Below are positions 46,601 to 58,033 of a stretch of 64,000 bases of DNA, one piece after another. Under the pieces are notes generated by a model. That model was given only the letters and a program-made list of their open reading frames with translations, was not told where the DNA came from and searched no databases. This DNA comes from Mobula hypostoma. Taxonomy: Eukaryota. The position numbers were made by a program, and so were the translations under genes. How positions within the stretch are numbered: position 1 is the first letter of the stretch; each line of letters opens with the position of its first letter. The stretch is taken from contig NC_086109.1 of NCBI RefSeq assembly GCF_963921235.1, forward strand, positions 2,604,001 through 2,668,000, in the 5' to 3' direction.

Positions 46601-47674
46601 TCAGGATGCTGGAGCAAGAATCCAATCACAGACCCAGCACTGTGCACACAGTGATATTAATTGAGCAACAAATCCCGAGGTGCAAACAAAGTTGGTGTCA
46701 AAGTTCAGGCAGAGATCAAAACATCTGGAGAAATCTGAAAACCAGAATCGGGAAATAGGCAGAGTCTATATTCTGTCAACTTCTTGAACTTTCATGAGGC
46801 TCCAACTGACCTGGGTGAAGAAGCCTCTCCCAAGCTGCGGGGTCAGTGTAGAGAGATCACCGACATGTCCCTTGTGTTCCTGTCTTCAGTCTCATTTTCC
46901 CATCTCTCTGTCATTGCTTCTACAGTGTAATTGCCATGTTGTCTGTGATTCTGCTGTAATTGGTGGCGTCGGTGCTAAAAACAACATCATATTGATACTC
47001 ATCCATGAGATTCTGCAGATGCTGGAAATCCAGAGCAACACACACAAAATGCTGAAGGAACTCTGCAGCTCAGGCAGCATCTATGGAGAGGAAGACCCTT
47101 CTTCAGAATTGGAACTGAAGGGGGAATACCACAGATAAAAAGATGGGGGTGGTGGTCAGGGATGGAGGATTAGCTAGAGGAGACAGGTGAACACAGATGT
47201 GTGGGGAAGGTAAAGAACTGGAGAAGAATGAATCTGGCAGGAGAGGAAACAGACCATGGGAGAAAGGGAAGAAGGAGGGACACCAGGGGGAGCTGACAGG
47301 CGGCTGAGGAGAAGACAGAAGAGGCTAGAGTGGGGAATGGAAGACATAGTGAGCCAAATGACTGACAGTGTCAGATCCAGCCACAGTTCTACAGTTCTGG
47401 TTATTCCTGTGGCCATGTCACCTTTCAGGATGTTGGCATGAGAAAATGGACAGAAAAGCTCTGGATAACCAAATATGACAATTGTGGTCTTTGTGAAAGC
47501 AATGGCTGGAGGTGTTGTCCCTTCAGCCTCTGTGGTATCTGGGAAGCTGTGTTCTCCCTGATGGCTGAGAGGGTTGTGTCCCTGCCCTGAACTGATGAAT
47601 TATGGTGGTGGGGGTGGGGGAACCTGCTGCTGGCGGTCCCACTGGAGGCTTTTGCAGAGAGGGTCTTCATTTCT

Positions 47675-50600
47675 TTCTTTTTAAATCTTTTTATTAAATA
47701 AGTATACAAAAAGGTAAGCCATATAGACACTAATACACTGTTAGAATATAATAAAATTACAGAAGATATTAATACAAAAAAATACTACAAACAATGTAAT
47801 TTAAACATAACATACCAAGGTAACATAATAGTATACTAATTTTATATATATATGTCAATAGAGAAAAGGAAAAAAAAACCCCAAAAAAAAACCCACCGTG
47901 CAACTAACTAAAAGCAAAGCAAAGCAATGGGCTAACTTGAAACCAAACAGAGTTAAACTTAAAATCACATCCTCAATCCCGACCTCCGTTAAAAACAGTA
48001 AAAAAAAACCAAGAAAGGTATATATTACATTAAATGAAAATATTGAATAAAAGATCTCCAAGTCTGTTCAAATTTAAATGAGGAGTCATAAAGATTGCTT
48101 CTAATTTTCTCCAGATTCAAGCATAATATCGTCTGAGAAAACCAAAAAAAGGTAGTTGGAGCATTAAGCTCTTTCCAATGTTGTAAGATACATCTTTTCG
48201 CCATTAAAGTAAGAAATGCAATCATTCTACGGGCTGAAGGGGAAAGATTACTGGAAATTTTAGGTAGTCCAAAGATAGCAGTAATAGGGTGAGGAGAGAT
48301 ATCTATATTCAATACCTTGGAGATAATATTAAAAATGTCTCTCCAAAAAGTTTCCAAAGTAGGGCAAGACCAAAACATATGAGTTAAAGAGGCTATCTGC
48401 CCCGGACATCTATCACAAAAAGGATTAATATGAGAATAAAAGCGCACTAAGTTATCTTTGGACATATGAGCTCTTTGAACAACTTTAAATTGAATTAGGG
48501 AATGTTTAGCACAGATAGAGGAAGTATTGACTAATTGTAAAATCTGTCCCCAGTCATCCATGGAAATGGTAAACCCCAATTCCTGTTCCCAATCTACCCT
48601 AATCTTATCAAATGGAGCTTTCCTAAGTTTCATAATAATATTATAAATCATAGCAAATGCACCTTTCTGACATGGATTAAGGTTGATTATAGTATCTAAA
48701 ATGTATGTAGGAGGAAGTACTGGAAAGGAAGAGAGTATAGTACTTAGGAAATTTCTAACTTGTAGATATCTAAAAAAATGTATTCTTGATAAGTTATATT
48801 TATTAGATAATTGTTCAAAAGACATAAGGGAACCATCTAAAAATAAATCCAAAAACCGTGAAATACCCTTAGCCTTCCAAGTTTGAAATGCACGCTCCGT
48901 AAAAGAGGGAGGAAAAAATATGTTACCTAAAATAGGAATCGCTAACCCAAATTGATTAAGATCAAAAAATTTTCTGAATTGAAACCAAATACGCAAGGTA
49001 TATTTAACTATCGGGTTAGACACCTGTTTAAGGCGTTTCAAATCAAAAGGAAGAGAGGAACCTAAAATAGAGCCAAGTGTAAAACCCTGAACAGATTGTA
49101 ATTCCAATACTACCCATTTAGGAATGGATAGTATATCCTGGTCCAGTAACCAGAATTTCATATGTCGAATATTAATTGCCCAATAATAAAATCTAAAGTT
49201 AGGTAATGCTAAGCCTCCATCTCTCTTAGCTTTCTGTAAATGTATTTTACCCAGTCTCGGGTTTTTATTCTGCCAAATAAATGAAGAAATTTTAGAGTCA
49301 ACTTTGTCAAAAAAAGATTTTGGAACAAAAATTGGTAATGCCTGAAACACATATAAAAATTTTGGCAAAAAAAACATCTTAACTGCATTAATACGACCAA
49401 TCAAAGTTAAATATAAGGGAAACCATTTAGATGAAAGTTGAGTAATATGGTCTATTAATGGTAAAAAGTTAGTCTTAAATAAATCTTTGTATTTACAAGT
49501 AATTTTAATCCCAAGATATGAAAAATAATTATTAATCAATTTAAATGGAAATTTATAATATAAGGGAAGTTGTTTATTAATCGGAAAGAGTTCACTCTTA
49601 CTAAGATTTAATTTATAACCTGAAAAAAGACCAAATTGTGCTAATAACTCTAAAACAGCTGGGATGGATTTTTGAGGATTAGAAATATATAAAAGTAAAT
49701 CATCAGCATAGAGTGATAATTTATGGGACTTTAAGCCCCGAGTTATCCCAGTAATATTTGGAGATTCTCGAATGGCAATTGCAAGAGGTTCTAATGCAAT
49801 ATCAAATAATAAGGGACTAAGAGGACAACCTTGTCGAGTACCTCGAAAAAGAGGGAAAAAAGGTGAACTTAAAGAGTTAGCACGGACCGAGGCCACAGGA
49901 GGATAATATAACAGTTTAATCCAGGATATAAATTTCGAGCTAAAATTAAACATTTCAAGCACCTTAAATAAATAAGGCCATTCTACTCTATCAAAAGCTT
50001 TCACGGCATCTAAAGAGATAACACACTCAGGAACATTTTGTGAGGGAGTATAAACGATATTTAACAGTGTACGAATATTATAAAAAGAGTAACGACCTTT
50101 AATAAAACCCGTTTGGTCTTCCGAAATAATAGAGGGAAGTACTTTTTCTAATCTATTTGCTAATAACTTAGAAAAAACTTTAGAATCAACATTTAATAAA
50201 GATATTGGTCTATAAGATGCACATTGAGCAGGATCTTTATCCTTCTTTAATATTAAAGAAATTGACGCTCTATTAAAAGATTCAGGAAGTTTACCAAGTT
50301 TCAATGAAGCCTCAAAAACCCTACAGAGCCAAGGGATTAATGAAGGAGCAAAACATTTATAAAATTCTATGGTAAACCCATCAGGGCCAGGAGCTTTCCC
50401 CAAATTCATAGAGAAAATAACATTCTTAATCTCATCCATGGTAATGGGAGTATCTAACATAGAAGACATATCCTGTGAAATCTCAGGGAAGTCTAAATTA
50501 TCTAAAAAATCATTCATATATTTAGAATCTCGAGGAGACTCTGATTGATATAAGGAAGAGTAAAAATCACAGAAGGTTTGATTAATCCCCACATGATCAA

Positions 50601-52471
50601 GTATCAGTCGATCATTTTGGTTATAAATCTGATTAATTTGAGATTTAGCATAATTAGACTTCAATTGATTAGCCAACAGTTTGCCAATTTTGTCACTGTG
50701 TACATAAAATTCACTTCTTGTTTTCTTTAATTGGTTTACAATCGAGGACGAGAGTAATAAACTGTGTTCCATTTGAAGTTCAGTTCTTTGTTTATATAAC
50801 TCCTCAGAAGGAGCTATAACATATTTCTTATCAATTTCCTTAATCTTGTCCACAATTACCAACTCCTCCTGCTTCAGCTTCTTCCTCAAAGCAGCAGAAT
50901 ACGAGATAATCTGACCACGAATATAAGCTTTAAAAGTGTCCCAAAGAGTGTTCACAGAAATATCCTCTGTATGGTTAATTGTAAAAAAATGATCAATCTG
51001 TTCATTCATAAAGTTAACAAAGTCTGAGTCCTGAAGCAACAGCGAATTAAAACACCATTGTCTATTATTTCGTGTATTGGCCAGAATTTTAATAATAAGC
51101 TTAAGTGGAGCATGATCCGAAATGGTTATAGAGTCATAATCACATTTAATCACTGAGGAAATAAGACGAGAATCAATAAAGAAATAATCAATTCTTGAAT
51201 AGGAATGATGAACATGTGAAAAAAAAGAAAAATCTTTTTCCTGAGGATGCAAAAAGTGCCAAATGTCCGTCGACCCAGAATCAGAGAGGAATGAATTAAT
51301 CAAAGTTGCAGATTTATTAGGTAAGGTCCGTAGAGGAGCCGAACGGTCCAAAGCTGGAGACAAACAGGTATTAAGATCTCCGCCCCAGATCAATGAAAAC
51401 TCATTTAAATTCGGAAACTGATCAAATAATGATTTATAAAATTCTGGACAGTCCATATTAGGAGCATAAACATTAACCAAAACTACTTTTTTATTAAATA
51501 GTAAACCACTAACCAATAGAAATCTACCATTCGGATCAGAAATAATATCATGTTGTATAAAAGTAACTGAGGAGTCTATAAAAATAGAGACGCCTCGAAT
51601 CTTAGTATTGGAGTTCGAATGAAACTGTTGTCCCTTCCAGAATTTAAAAAAACGTAGTCTGTCCCCCCTCCGCACATGGGTCTCTTGTAAGAATAAAATT
51701 TGTGCTTTAAGTCTCCGGAACACTTTAAAAACTTTTTTCCTTTTAATAGGATGATTAAGACCATTAGTATTCCAGGAGACAAAATTAATAATAGACTCCA
51801 TAAACCCTAAAGTCAACCCACAACAAGGAGGATTGACGATAGGCTCGACCCACGAACCCGGAGAGGGAACAGAACATACAAGAGATACCGGGAAGAAGAA
51901 CGCAACCAATACTTCAATAATGTATATAGCCCAAGAAGAAAGAAACTAAAACGTGAAGCCCCTCCCACCACCCCCCACCCCATGACCGCAAGGCTAAATC
52001 TAATGCAGACCAGCCCGAAAGAAGCAAGCACTAAAACTACCCCCATGACTTCCGGTATACGCTCCCTAAAAAAAAAGTGTAAATATAAAAAAGATCAGCT
52101 GATTATAAAACAGTAAAAGAATAAAAAAAAGATAACTCAATTAAAATAAACACATAACAGAATAAAAGCCAGAAAATATATTAAAAAACCGCAATAAACC
52201 CCAGACCCATGAATAAACAAAACAACAAAAAAAAGATTATTAACATAAACTAGTTATAAAAACCTACAAAACAAAATAGATTTTAAAAAAAACTACAAAA
52301 TTTAAGGCCACAAAGGAAATACGTAAAATGACAATAAGGAAGTAACCACCCAGAATCCCCTGGGAAAAAGAAAGAAATGACGCAGTTAAAAAGAAAGTTT
52401 AGCAACCATATTAAGTAATCAAAAATAAACTTTTCTGCCCAAATAGGGCAAAAAAAAATTAAGACCGACAA
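47675..52471 (-). mobile_element. L1-clade LINE, 5'-truncated in the inter-ORF spacer, young
   Basis: Perfect 17-bp TSD AGAGGGTCTTCATTTCT at 47658-47674 and 52472-52488. Target reads TT|AGAA on the - strand. AATAAA plus A-rich tail at 47675-47695. No ORF1. Absent from copy 1. Confidence 0.95.
48025..51801 (-). CDS. L1 ORF2p (APE endonuclease, reverse transcriptase, C-terminal CCHC), 1258 aa, uninterrupted
   Basis: ATG at 51801 (MESIINFVSWN). Motifs LQETH, GDLN, SDHAP, PGPDG, RQGCPLSP, YADD and CDRC-x8-H-x4-C. Confidence 0.95.
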   Translation of the reverse strand: MESIINFVSWNTNGLNHPIKRKKVFKVFRRLKAQILFLQETHVRRGDRLRFFKFWKGQQFHSNSNTKIRGVSIFIDSSVTFIQHDIISDPNGRFLLVSGLLFNKKVVLVNVYAPNMDCPEFYKSLFDQFPNLNEFSLIWGGDLNTCLSPALDRSAPLRTLPNKSATLINSFLSDSGSTDIWHFLHPQEKDFSFFSHVHHSYSRIDYFFIDSRLISSVIKCDYDSITISDHAPLKLIIKILANTRNNRQWCFNSLLLQDSDFVNFMNEQIDHFFTINHTEDISVNTLWDTFKAYIRGQIISYSAALRKKLKQEELVIVDKIKEIDKKYVIAPSEELYKQRTELQMEHSLLLSSSIVNQLKKTRSEFYVHSDKIGKLLANQLKSNYAKSQINQIYNQNDRLILDHVGINQTFCDFYSSLYQSESPRDSKYMNDFLDNLDFPEISQDMSSMLDTPITMDEIKNVIFSMNLGKAPGPDGFTIEFYKCFAPSLIPWLCRVFEASLKLGKLPESFNRASISLILKKDKDPAQCASYRPISLLNVDSKVFSKLLANRLEKVLPSIISEDQTGFIKGRYSFYNIRTLLNIVYTPSQNVPECVISLDAVKAFDRVEWPYLFKVLEMFNFSSKFISWIKLLYYPPVASVRANSLSSPFFPLFRGTRQGCPLSPLLFDIALEPLAIAIRESPNITGITRGLKSHKLSLYADDLLLYISNPQKSIPAVLELLAQFGLFSGYKLNLSKSELFPINKQLPLYYKFPFKLINNYFSYLGIKITCKYKDLFKTNFLPLIDHITQLSSKWFPLYLTLIGRINAVKMFFLPKFLYVFQALPIFVPKSFFDKVDSKISSFIWQNKNPRLGKIHLQKAKRDGGLALPNFRFYYWAINIRHMKFWLLDQDILSIPKWVVLELQSVQGFTLGSILGSSLPFDLKRLKQVSNPIVKYTLRIWFQFRKFFDLNQFGLAIPILGNIFFPPSFTERAFQTWKAKGISRFLDLFLDGSLMSFEQLSNKYNLSRIHFFRYLQVRNFLSTILSSFPVLPPTYILDTIINLNPCQKGAFAMIYNIIMKLRKAPFDKIRVDWEQELGFTISMDDWGQILQLVNTSSICAKHSLIQFKVVQRAHMSKDNLVRFYSHINPFCDRCPGQIASLTHMFWSCPTLETFWRDIFNIISKVLNIDISPHPITAIFGLPKISSNLSPSARRMIAFLTLMAKRCILQHWKELNAPTTFFWFSQTILCLNLEKIRSNLYDSSFKFEQTWRSFIQYFHLM

Positions 52472-53963
52472 AGAGGGTCTTCATTTCTAACGTCCGACCC
52501 TTGTTGCTGGTGAGTTCCTCCTCCCCCAGCTGTCTCTTCTGGGGGAGTAGTGTGTTTGGTTTTCACCCCAAATCCTGCTCAGACTTCGGGAGAACTTCCT
52601 TCACCATGGTTTTCCTTTCCAGCACCAGCTGTTTGTGCACCTAGAATGGGAGGAAGTCACTGGGGAGCATGCTAGCTCCAAATCAAGTTCAAAGTCAAAT
52701 CAAATCAAGATTAATTATCATTCAAACCATACATAGATACAGCTGATGAGACAGTTCTTGTGGAGCCATGGGACAAAACATTCAAAATACAAAGCAAACT
52801 TCAAAGTAGCGATGAACATTCAAAATAGCAAGGAACATAACTTGCAAAGAAGCATATCGATTTGAATAATAAAACATATATATAATCTCCGGCAATCGAT
52901 GGTATGGTCTCCCGGCAGTGTGCAGACGCATGCCACCCAGCCTGTCATTCCACCACTCGAACACTGACGGGGAGTAACGATGGGAGAGGTCAGGTCCCAG
53001 CCAACCACAGACACCATGCTGTAGTGATTCTTTATCTCTCACCTGGTCTGCTACACCAGGCAAGCTCGAGGCTTGAGGCCTCATCCTCACTACAACTGCC
53101 CCTTTACACTGGGGTCCTGGGGTGGAGAGTATTGTACAGAGCTGTACCGTGCAATAGGTTCCTAAGCCAGTTTCCGGGCACCCACGCTGTTTTCCCTTTC
53201 TGTGGCTGGGATGAGTCTGTGTATCAGTCTGTGGACTCCTCCCGTTTTGACTCCACTTCAGTCTCACACTCCGGAACTTCAGACACACAAAGTGCGAGTG
53301 GTGGTGGGCGGTTCAGGGGATCTCCTGGTCCGTTTGCTTGTGTCCTTCCCAAGTTGCCCATTCAAGGTTCCAGGTAGTGGGCAGTCGATGGCTCTGCAGA
53401 AACCAACTGTCAACCTCGGACTGGCCACCAGAGGGAGGCAGAGATGAGAAGGCCAACTCCTTCCTGCCCACCTTATTCACTTATCTTAGTTCACTGTTAT
53501 CAGCTGTGCCTTATATTTGCAGTCTGATTTTAATGCCTGGTCCTTTATTTCTTTGTTCAGTCTGAGAATCTTTTTATTGGTTTGCTGTTCATCACCATAT
53601 TAATCTGTCTCTGCTTACAGCGAGGGTGAGTCTTTCGCCCCAGATCCCAGCACTGTCTCTGTGACTGACTCCCCATTCTGACACTTTGTTTCCCCGCTCA
53701 GAATGTGTCACATCACCAGAATGGAATTAACTTCCTGGTTCCAGCCTGATCTGTGTGTTAATGAGTGGCTCTGTGGTGGAGAGTGTGTGTACCTAGGATC
53801 TGAACAGTGCCTGTTTCACCAGACAGTCCCAGTCTGGGTCTGTGTCGATCACAGTCCCAGGGCTGCTGCTCTTGGACCAGATTCCGGCTGGTCTGGGTGG
53901 GACACACTCAGGTGTCGAAGGGACATTGGGACCAGTTACAACAGTGACAACAGTTGTGAACTG

Positions 53964-55610
53964 AAAATAATTCTTCCTCTTCTTCTTCTACTTCCAGCTG
54001 TTTAGACACATCTAGGCGTATTACAGCCATCCGCAGGATGTATAATTAATTATAGAACTTCAACGAACTCAAATTCTCAAATACAACCTAGTCTCACGTA
54101 TAAACTGAATAATAGACTCTTCAATCAGATGTTCATTCCCTTGATGGCCAAACAAAGATTTAATGGAAAATCAAAATAAATTTAAGCCAGATAGCCTCTT
54201 GAACAACATGCTTCTTTCAATTTTGTATCGATTACAGCTCAGCAAAATATGCTGGACTGTCTCTGGACTACCACAGTCACATAATCCAGTAGGATGTTTT
54301 CCTATTATCTTTAAATAAAAGTTTAGCCCACAATGCCCCACCCTAAGTTTTGTAAATCTCACCATATCTCTACAACTTAAAAGGCAACAGTCTGAGACCT
54401 TTTTAACTAGAAAAATAATGCCTGCCCCTTAATTTATTTTTCCAATCCTCCTGCCACTTCTTCTCGATACCTTTTTTAATCCTACTTCTCAATTCTGCTC
54501 TGCCTAGGGGAACTCTAATTTCTACTTGCCTGCTCTGTAACGAAGACTTTGCAGTGCCATCCATAATTTCATTTCCCTCCACCCCAGCATGCCCAGGTAT
54601 CCATGAAAATCTAACTGCACAACCCATCTTCCCTACTCTAAACAACACTAAGAGAATCTCAATAACTATGTCAGGACGAGCTTTTGATTTATTCCCTTTT
54701 ATAGACTCTAATGCAGCAGCAGAATCCGAACAGATGATAACCCTACGTGGTCGAGAGTCTTCTATCCACCATAAGGCCCAGAGGATTGCTAATAATTCTG
54801 TTGCAAAGACAGAAACACCATCTGAAACCCGGTGACCAATCTTAACTCCAAGTTGAGACACATACATCCCAAATCCTGTCCTACTGCTCTCTGGGTCCAC
54901 TGAGCCATCAGTAAAAATCTTCAGATAAAATCCCCATTTATTACTTAAATGTTCAATTGTGATCAACGCTGATGAAATTGCACTGCTTCCTTTAAGCTGA
55001 AAAAGGAGGAATAGGTCTACTTCTGGTTCTGGAAAGAGCCAAAAAGGGACGGGCGGCAAGCAAATTTGGTCAACTATGTCTTCCTCAGTCAGTTTCAATT
55101 TCACAGCCCAGTTATTAACCAAATCTAAAAATGGGTATCCTTTAATTTTACTTTGGCGCTCCGACTTCCCCTGCGAAAGACAATTTGATGGACAGCTGTG
55201 AGTGAATCCATGAATCCATTTAGTTTTACCCAATACTGCAGGCCCAACTGAATTAGTCTTAAATGTAGAGGCACTTCTCCCATCTCCACACATAATGCTG
55301 GGACTGATGTTGTTCTAAAAGCTCCACAACAGAGTCTAAGTGCTTTGGACTGCACTGTGTCTAGTTTTCTAAGCACTGCCGTAGCAGCGGAACCATAAGC
55401 AATACAACTATAACCTATAACTGATCTAATCATAGCTAGATACATTAGTACATAGTTTCCCGCCCTGCTCCCCAGTCGCATCCACCAATACTTCTCATAA
55501 TATTTAAAACCTTCTCACACTTTCCAATTGTTTTATCGATATGAACCCTCCAAGTAAGTCTTTGATCAAACCAGACAACTAAAAACTTGAATACCTTGAC
55601 TCTTTCACCG
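53964..55610 (-). mobile_element. I-group (Nimb-like) LINE 3' fragment with RNase H and C-terminal CCHC
   Basis: IFTDGS...ELLAI...CSDS...WIPGHAGVEGNEIMD (RNase H) and CDCGSPETVQHILLSC. (GAA)n-like tail at ~53970-53989. Frameshifted. Absent from copy 1. Confidence 0.85.
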
Positions 55611-55883
55611 GAGAGAATTACTGGGATACAGAACCATAAATAGGATACTGGGGATTTCTTATGGAAATGTGTGGGGCGTGGTTGGGAAAGAGGGCACAGA
55701 ACACGTGGGAACTTCCTCCAGCAGCAACTGACTGAACTGAATGCTGAGGGAAGGGCTAAACAGATGGGTGGAAATGATTTGGGACTGGCTTAAACCGCAC
55801 TTGGGACTGTCAGAGACAGTGGGGGGATAAAGTGTCCTTAAAGATCTCCTTTACTCATCTTTCATTCATTCATCCAGACCCAG

Positions 55884-56156
55884 AGCCAGTGTCAGGAACA
55901 AACATCACTGGGACCTGTGAGCTCACCCTGACCTGCTCTGTGAACTCTGGTGACCACACCAATCTCAGATGGTGGAGGGGAAGAGAAGCTGTGGTGAACG
56001 ACAGAACCCATCACCTCTGGGGACACGGAGAGACACTGAAGGTTCATCACACCGCAGAGAGTGAAGCTGTTGTGTACAGATGTGAGGCCAGGAACCCCGT
56101 CAGTGTGGACACAGCTCAGATCCAGCTGGGGGATTTCTGTAAACTGGACAAGTCTG
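55884..56156 (+). CDS. Copy 2 C2-domain exon, intact (5-aa deletion versus copy 1)
   Basis: [18 protein letters not shown]...YRCEARNPVS...[12 protein letters not shown] intact, 273 nt, phase 1-1. Alternative acceptor at 55878. Confidence 0.85.
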
Positions 56157-57295
56157 GTGAGTGTCTGGGGCAGGAATTGGAATTATAATGTTGAAAGTAA
56201 ATTTATTATGGAAATACAAATATGACACAATATACAACCCTGAGATTCATTGTCTTGCAGCTTTCTAAATAAATCCATCATAGAATCAGTGAGAGACGGC
56301 ACCAACTGGGTGTTCGACTGGTGTGTGAAAGAGAACAAACTGCAAATACAGAATGAAAGAAGCAATAATAATAACAATAAATAAGCAATAAATATCAAGA
56401 ACATGAGATGAGTCCTTGCCAGTGAGTCCATAGGTTGTGGGAACAGTTCAGTGATGAGGCTAGTGAACTTTCGTGAAGTTATCCCCTTTGTTTCAACAGC
56501 CTTGGTGGTTGAGGGGTGGTAACTGTTCCTGAACCTGGTGGTGTAAGTCCTCAGGCTCTGTACCTTCTTCCTGATGGCAGCAGCAAGAGGTTTGCGTGAC
56601 AGTGGATGTGGCGATCCCTGATAATGGTGCTGCTTTCCAGCAACAGTGCCCAGTGTAGATGTGCTCAATGGTGGGGAAGACTTTACCCAGGATGGACTGA
56701 ATCATATGCACTAAGATTTTCCCATCAACGGCATTAGTATTTCCATAGCATGCTATGATGTAGCCAGGCAAACTAGTCTCCATTACACGTCATAAAAGCT
56801 CGTCAGAGTTTTTGACGTCATGCTGAATCTTCACAAACTCCTGTGAAAGTCAAGGTGCTGCCGTGCTTTCATCGTAAACGCACCTACGTGCTACACCCAG
56901 GACCAGCCTCTGAAATTATAACACAAAGGACTTTGAAGTTGATGTTCGTTGCCTCCTCTGATCCTCCGATGTGGACTGGCAATTGAACCTTTGCTTTCCT
57001 CCTGCTGAAGGCAACAATCAGCTCCACAGTCTTGCTGACATTGAGTAGGAGAAGGGGGTGTTTCCCTGACCAGGATAGTGTGTAATGAGACACTAGCATA
57101 ATCCAGTATCTGACTTGTAGCTCGGCAAGGTATGATTGGATTTGAGAGTTTTACTTTGTATTTAATCCCTGCCCTGGATATGTGTGACGGGACAGTGAAG
57201 TCCATGGGTATGTGATGTTAGTCAGTGTTGGGAGGGTGGGGCTGGAGAAGGCCTGGTACCGTCTCTATAATCCGTGATCCTCTCTCTTTCGCCAG

Positions 57296-57394
57296 CAGAG
57301 AGAAGCTGTCTCTGTGGATGTCGGCTGAGGGCCACAATCATTGCCGTCCTGCTCCTGATTCTCCTCTCAGTCACAGTCGCCGTACACATCATCA
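57296..57394 (+). CDS. Copy 2 TM exon
   Basis: Identical to 37565-37663, splice sites intact. Confidence 0.85.
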
Positions 57395-57983
57395 GTGAGA
57401 ACTGTTTTTGTGTGTTTCAAGTGAAAATCTGTTGTTCTGAAGGGCAGTGTCAACAGTGAGGGGTGGATTCAGACCGGTGTTTAAAATCCCCGTTTCAGTC
57501 TGTCAATCCCACCCCCTTGTGACTCTGAATCTCATCCACCTCCACTGTCCCAGATCTCTCAATCTCTCCCACCTCAGTTCCCTCAATCGCTCTTGTCCCA
57601 GACTCTGCACTCTTCATCCTTCACTCCTCATTTAATCTGACCGAGTATAACAGGGACCAGGGGTTTGGGATAAGGACAGAGGGATGGTGGAATATGGAGA
57701 CTGGGAACATGCAGATATGCTGTTCTAAAGAGGAAGATATAAAAATAGGGAAGGGGGAGATGTAAAGTCCAGGACAATATGAGATACAAACCACAAGGGG
57801 GGATATGGAGACTTGAGACCTTTCATTGAGACTGGGAGAGGGAGAGAGTTTTCTTCCAGATCAGACAAGAGAGACCACATGACATTGCCCTCGGCAGTGA
57901 AGGGGTCCTAGTGTGATGAGAAAGTAATTGAAACCTCAGACCCCTCACAGGGTGAACTGACCTCTCTCCTCTGCCCCCCACAG

Positions 57984-58033
57984 GCTCCCGTCCAGGCACC
58001 AGAGCAGAAGGCAGACTCCACAAGGCCGAATGA
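57984..58033 (+). CDS. Copy 2 cytoplasmic-tail exon
   Basis: Identical to 38252-38301. AATAAA downstream at 58668-58673. Confidence 0.75.

Noticed and set aside
51802-51909. N-terminal 36 codons of the 1294-aa ORF in the track
   Set aside because: A GTG-started extension into the spacer. The APE domain begins at the ATG at 51801.
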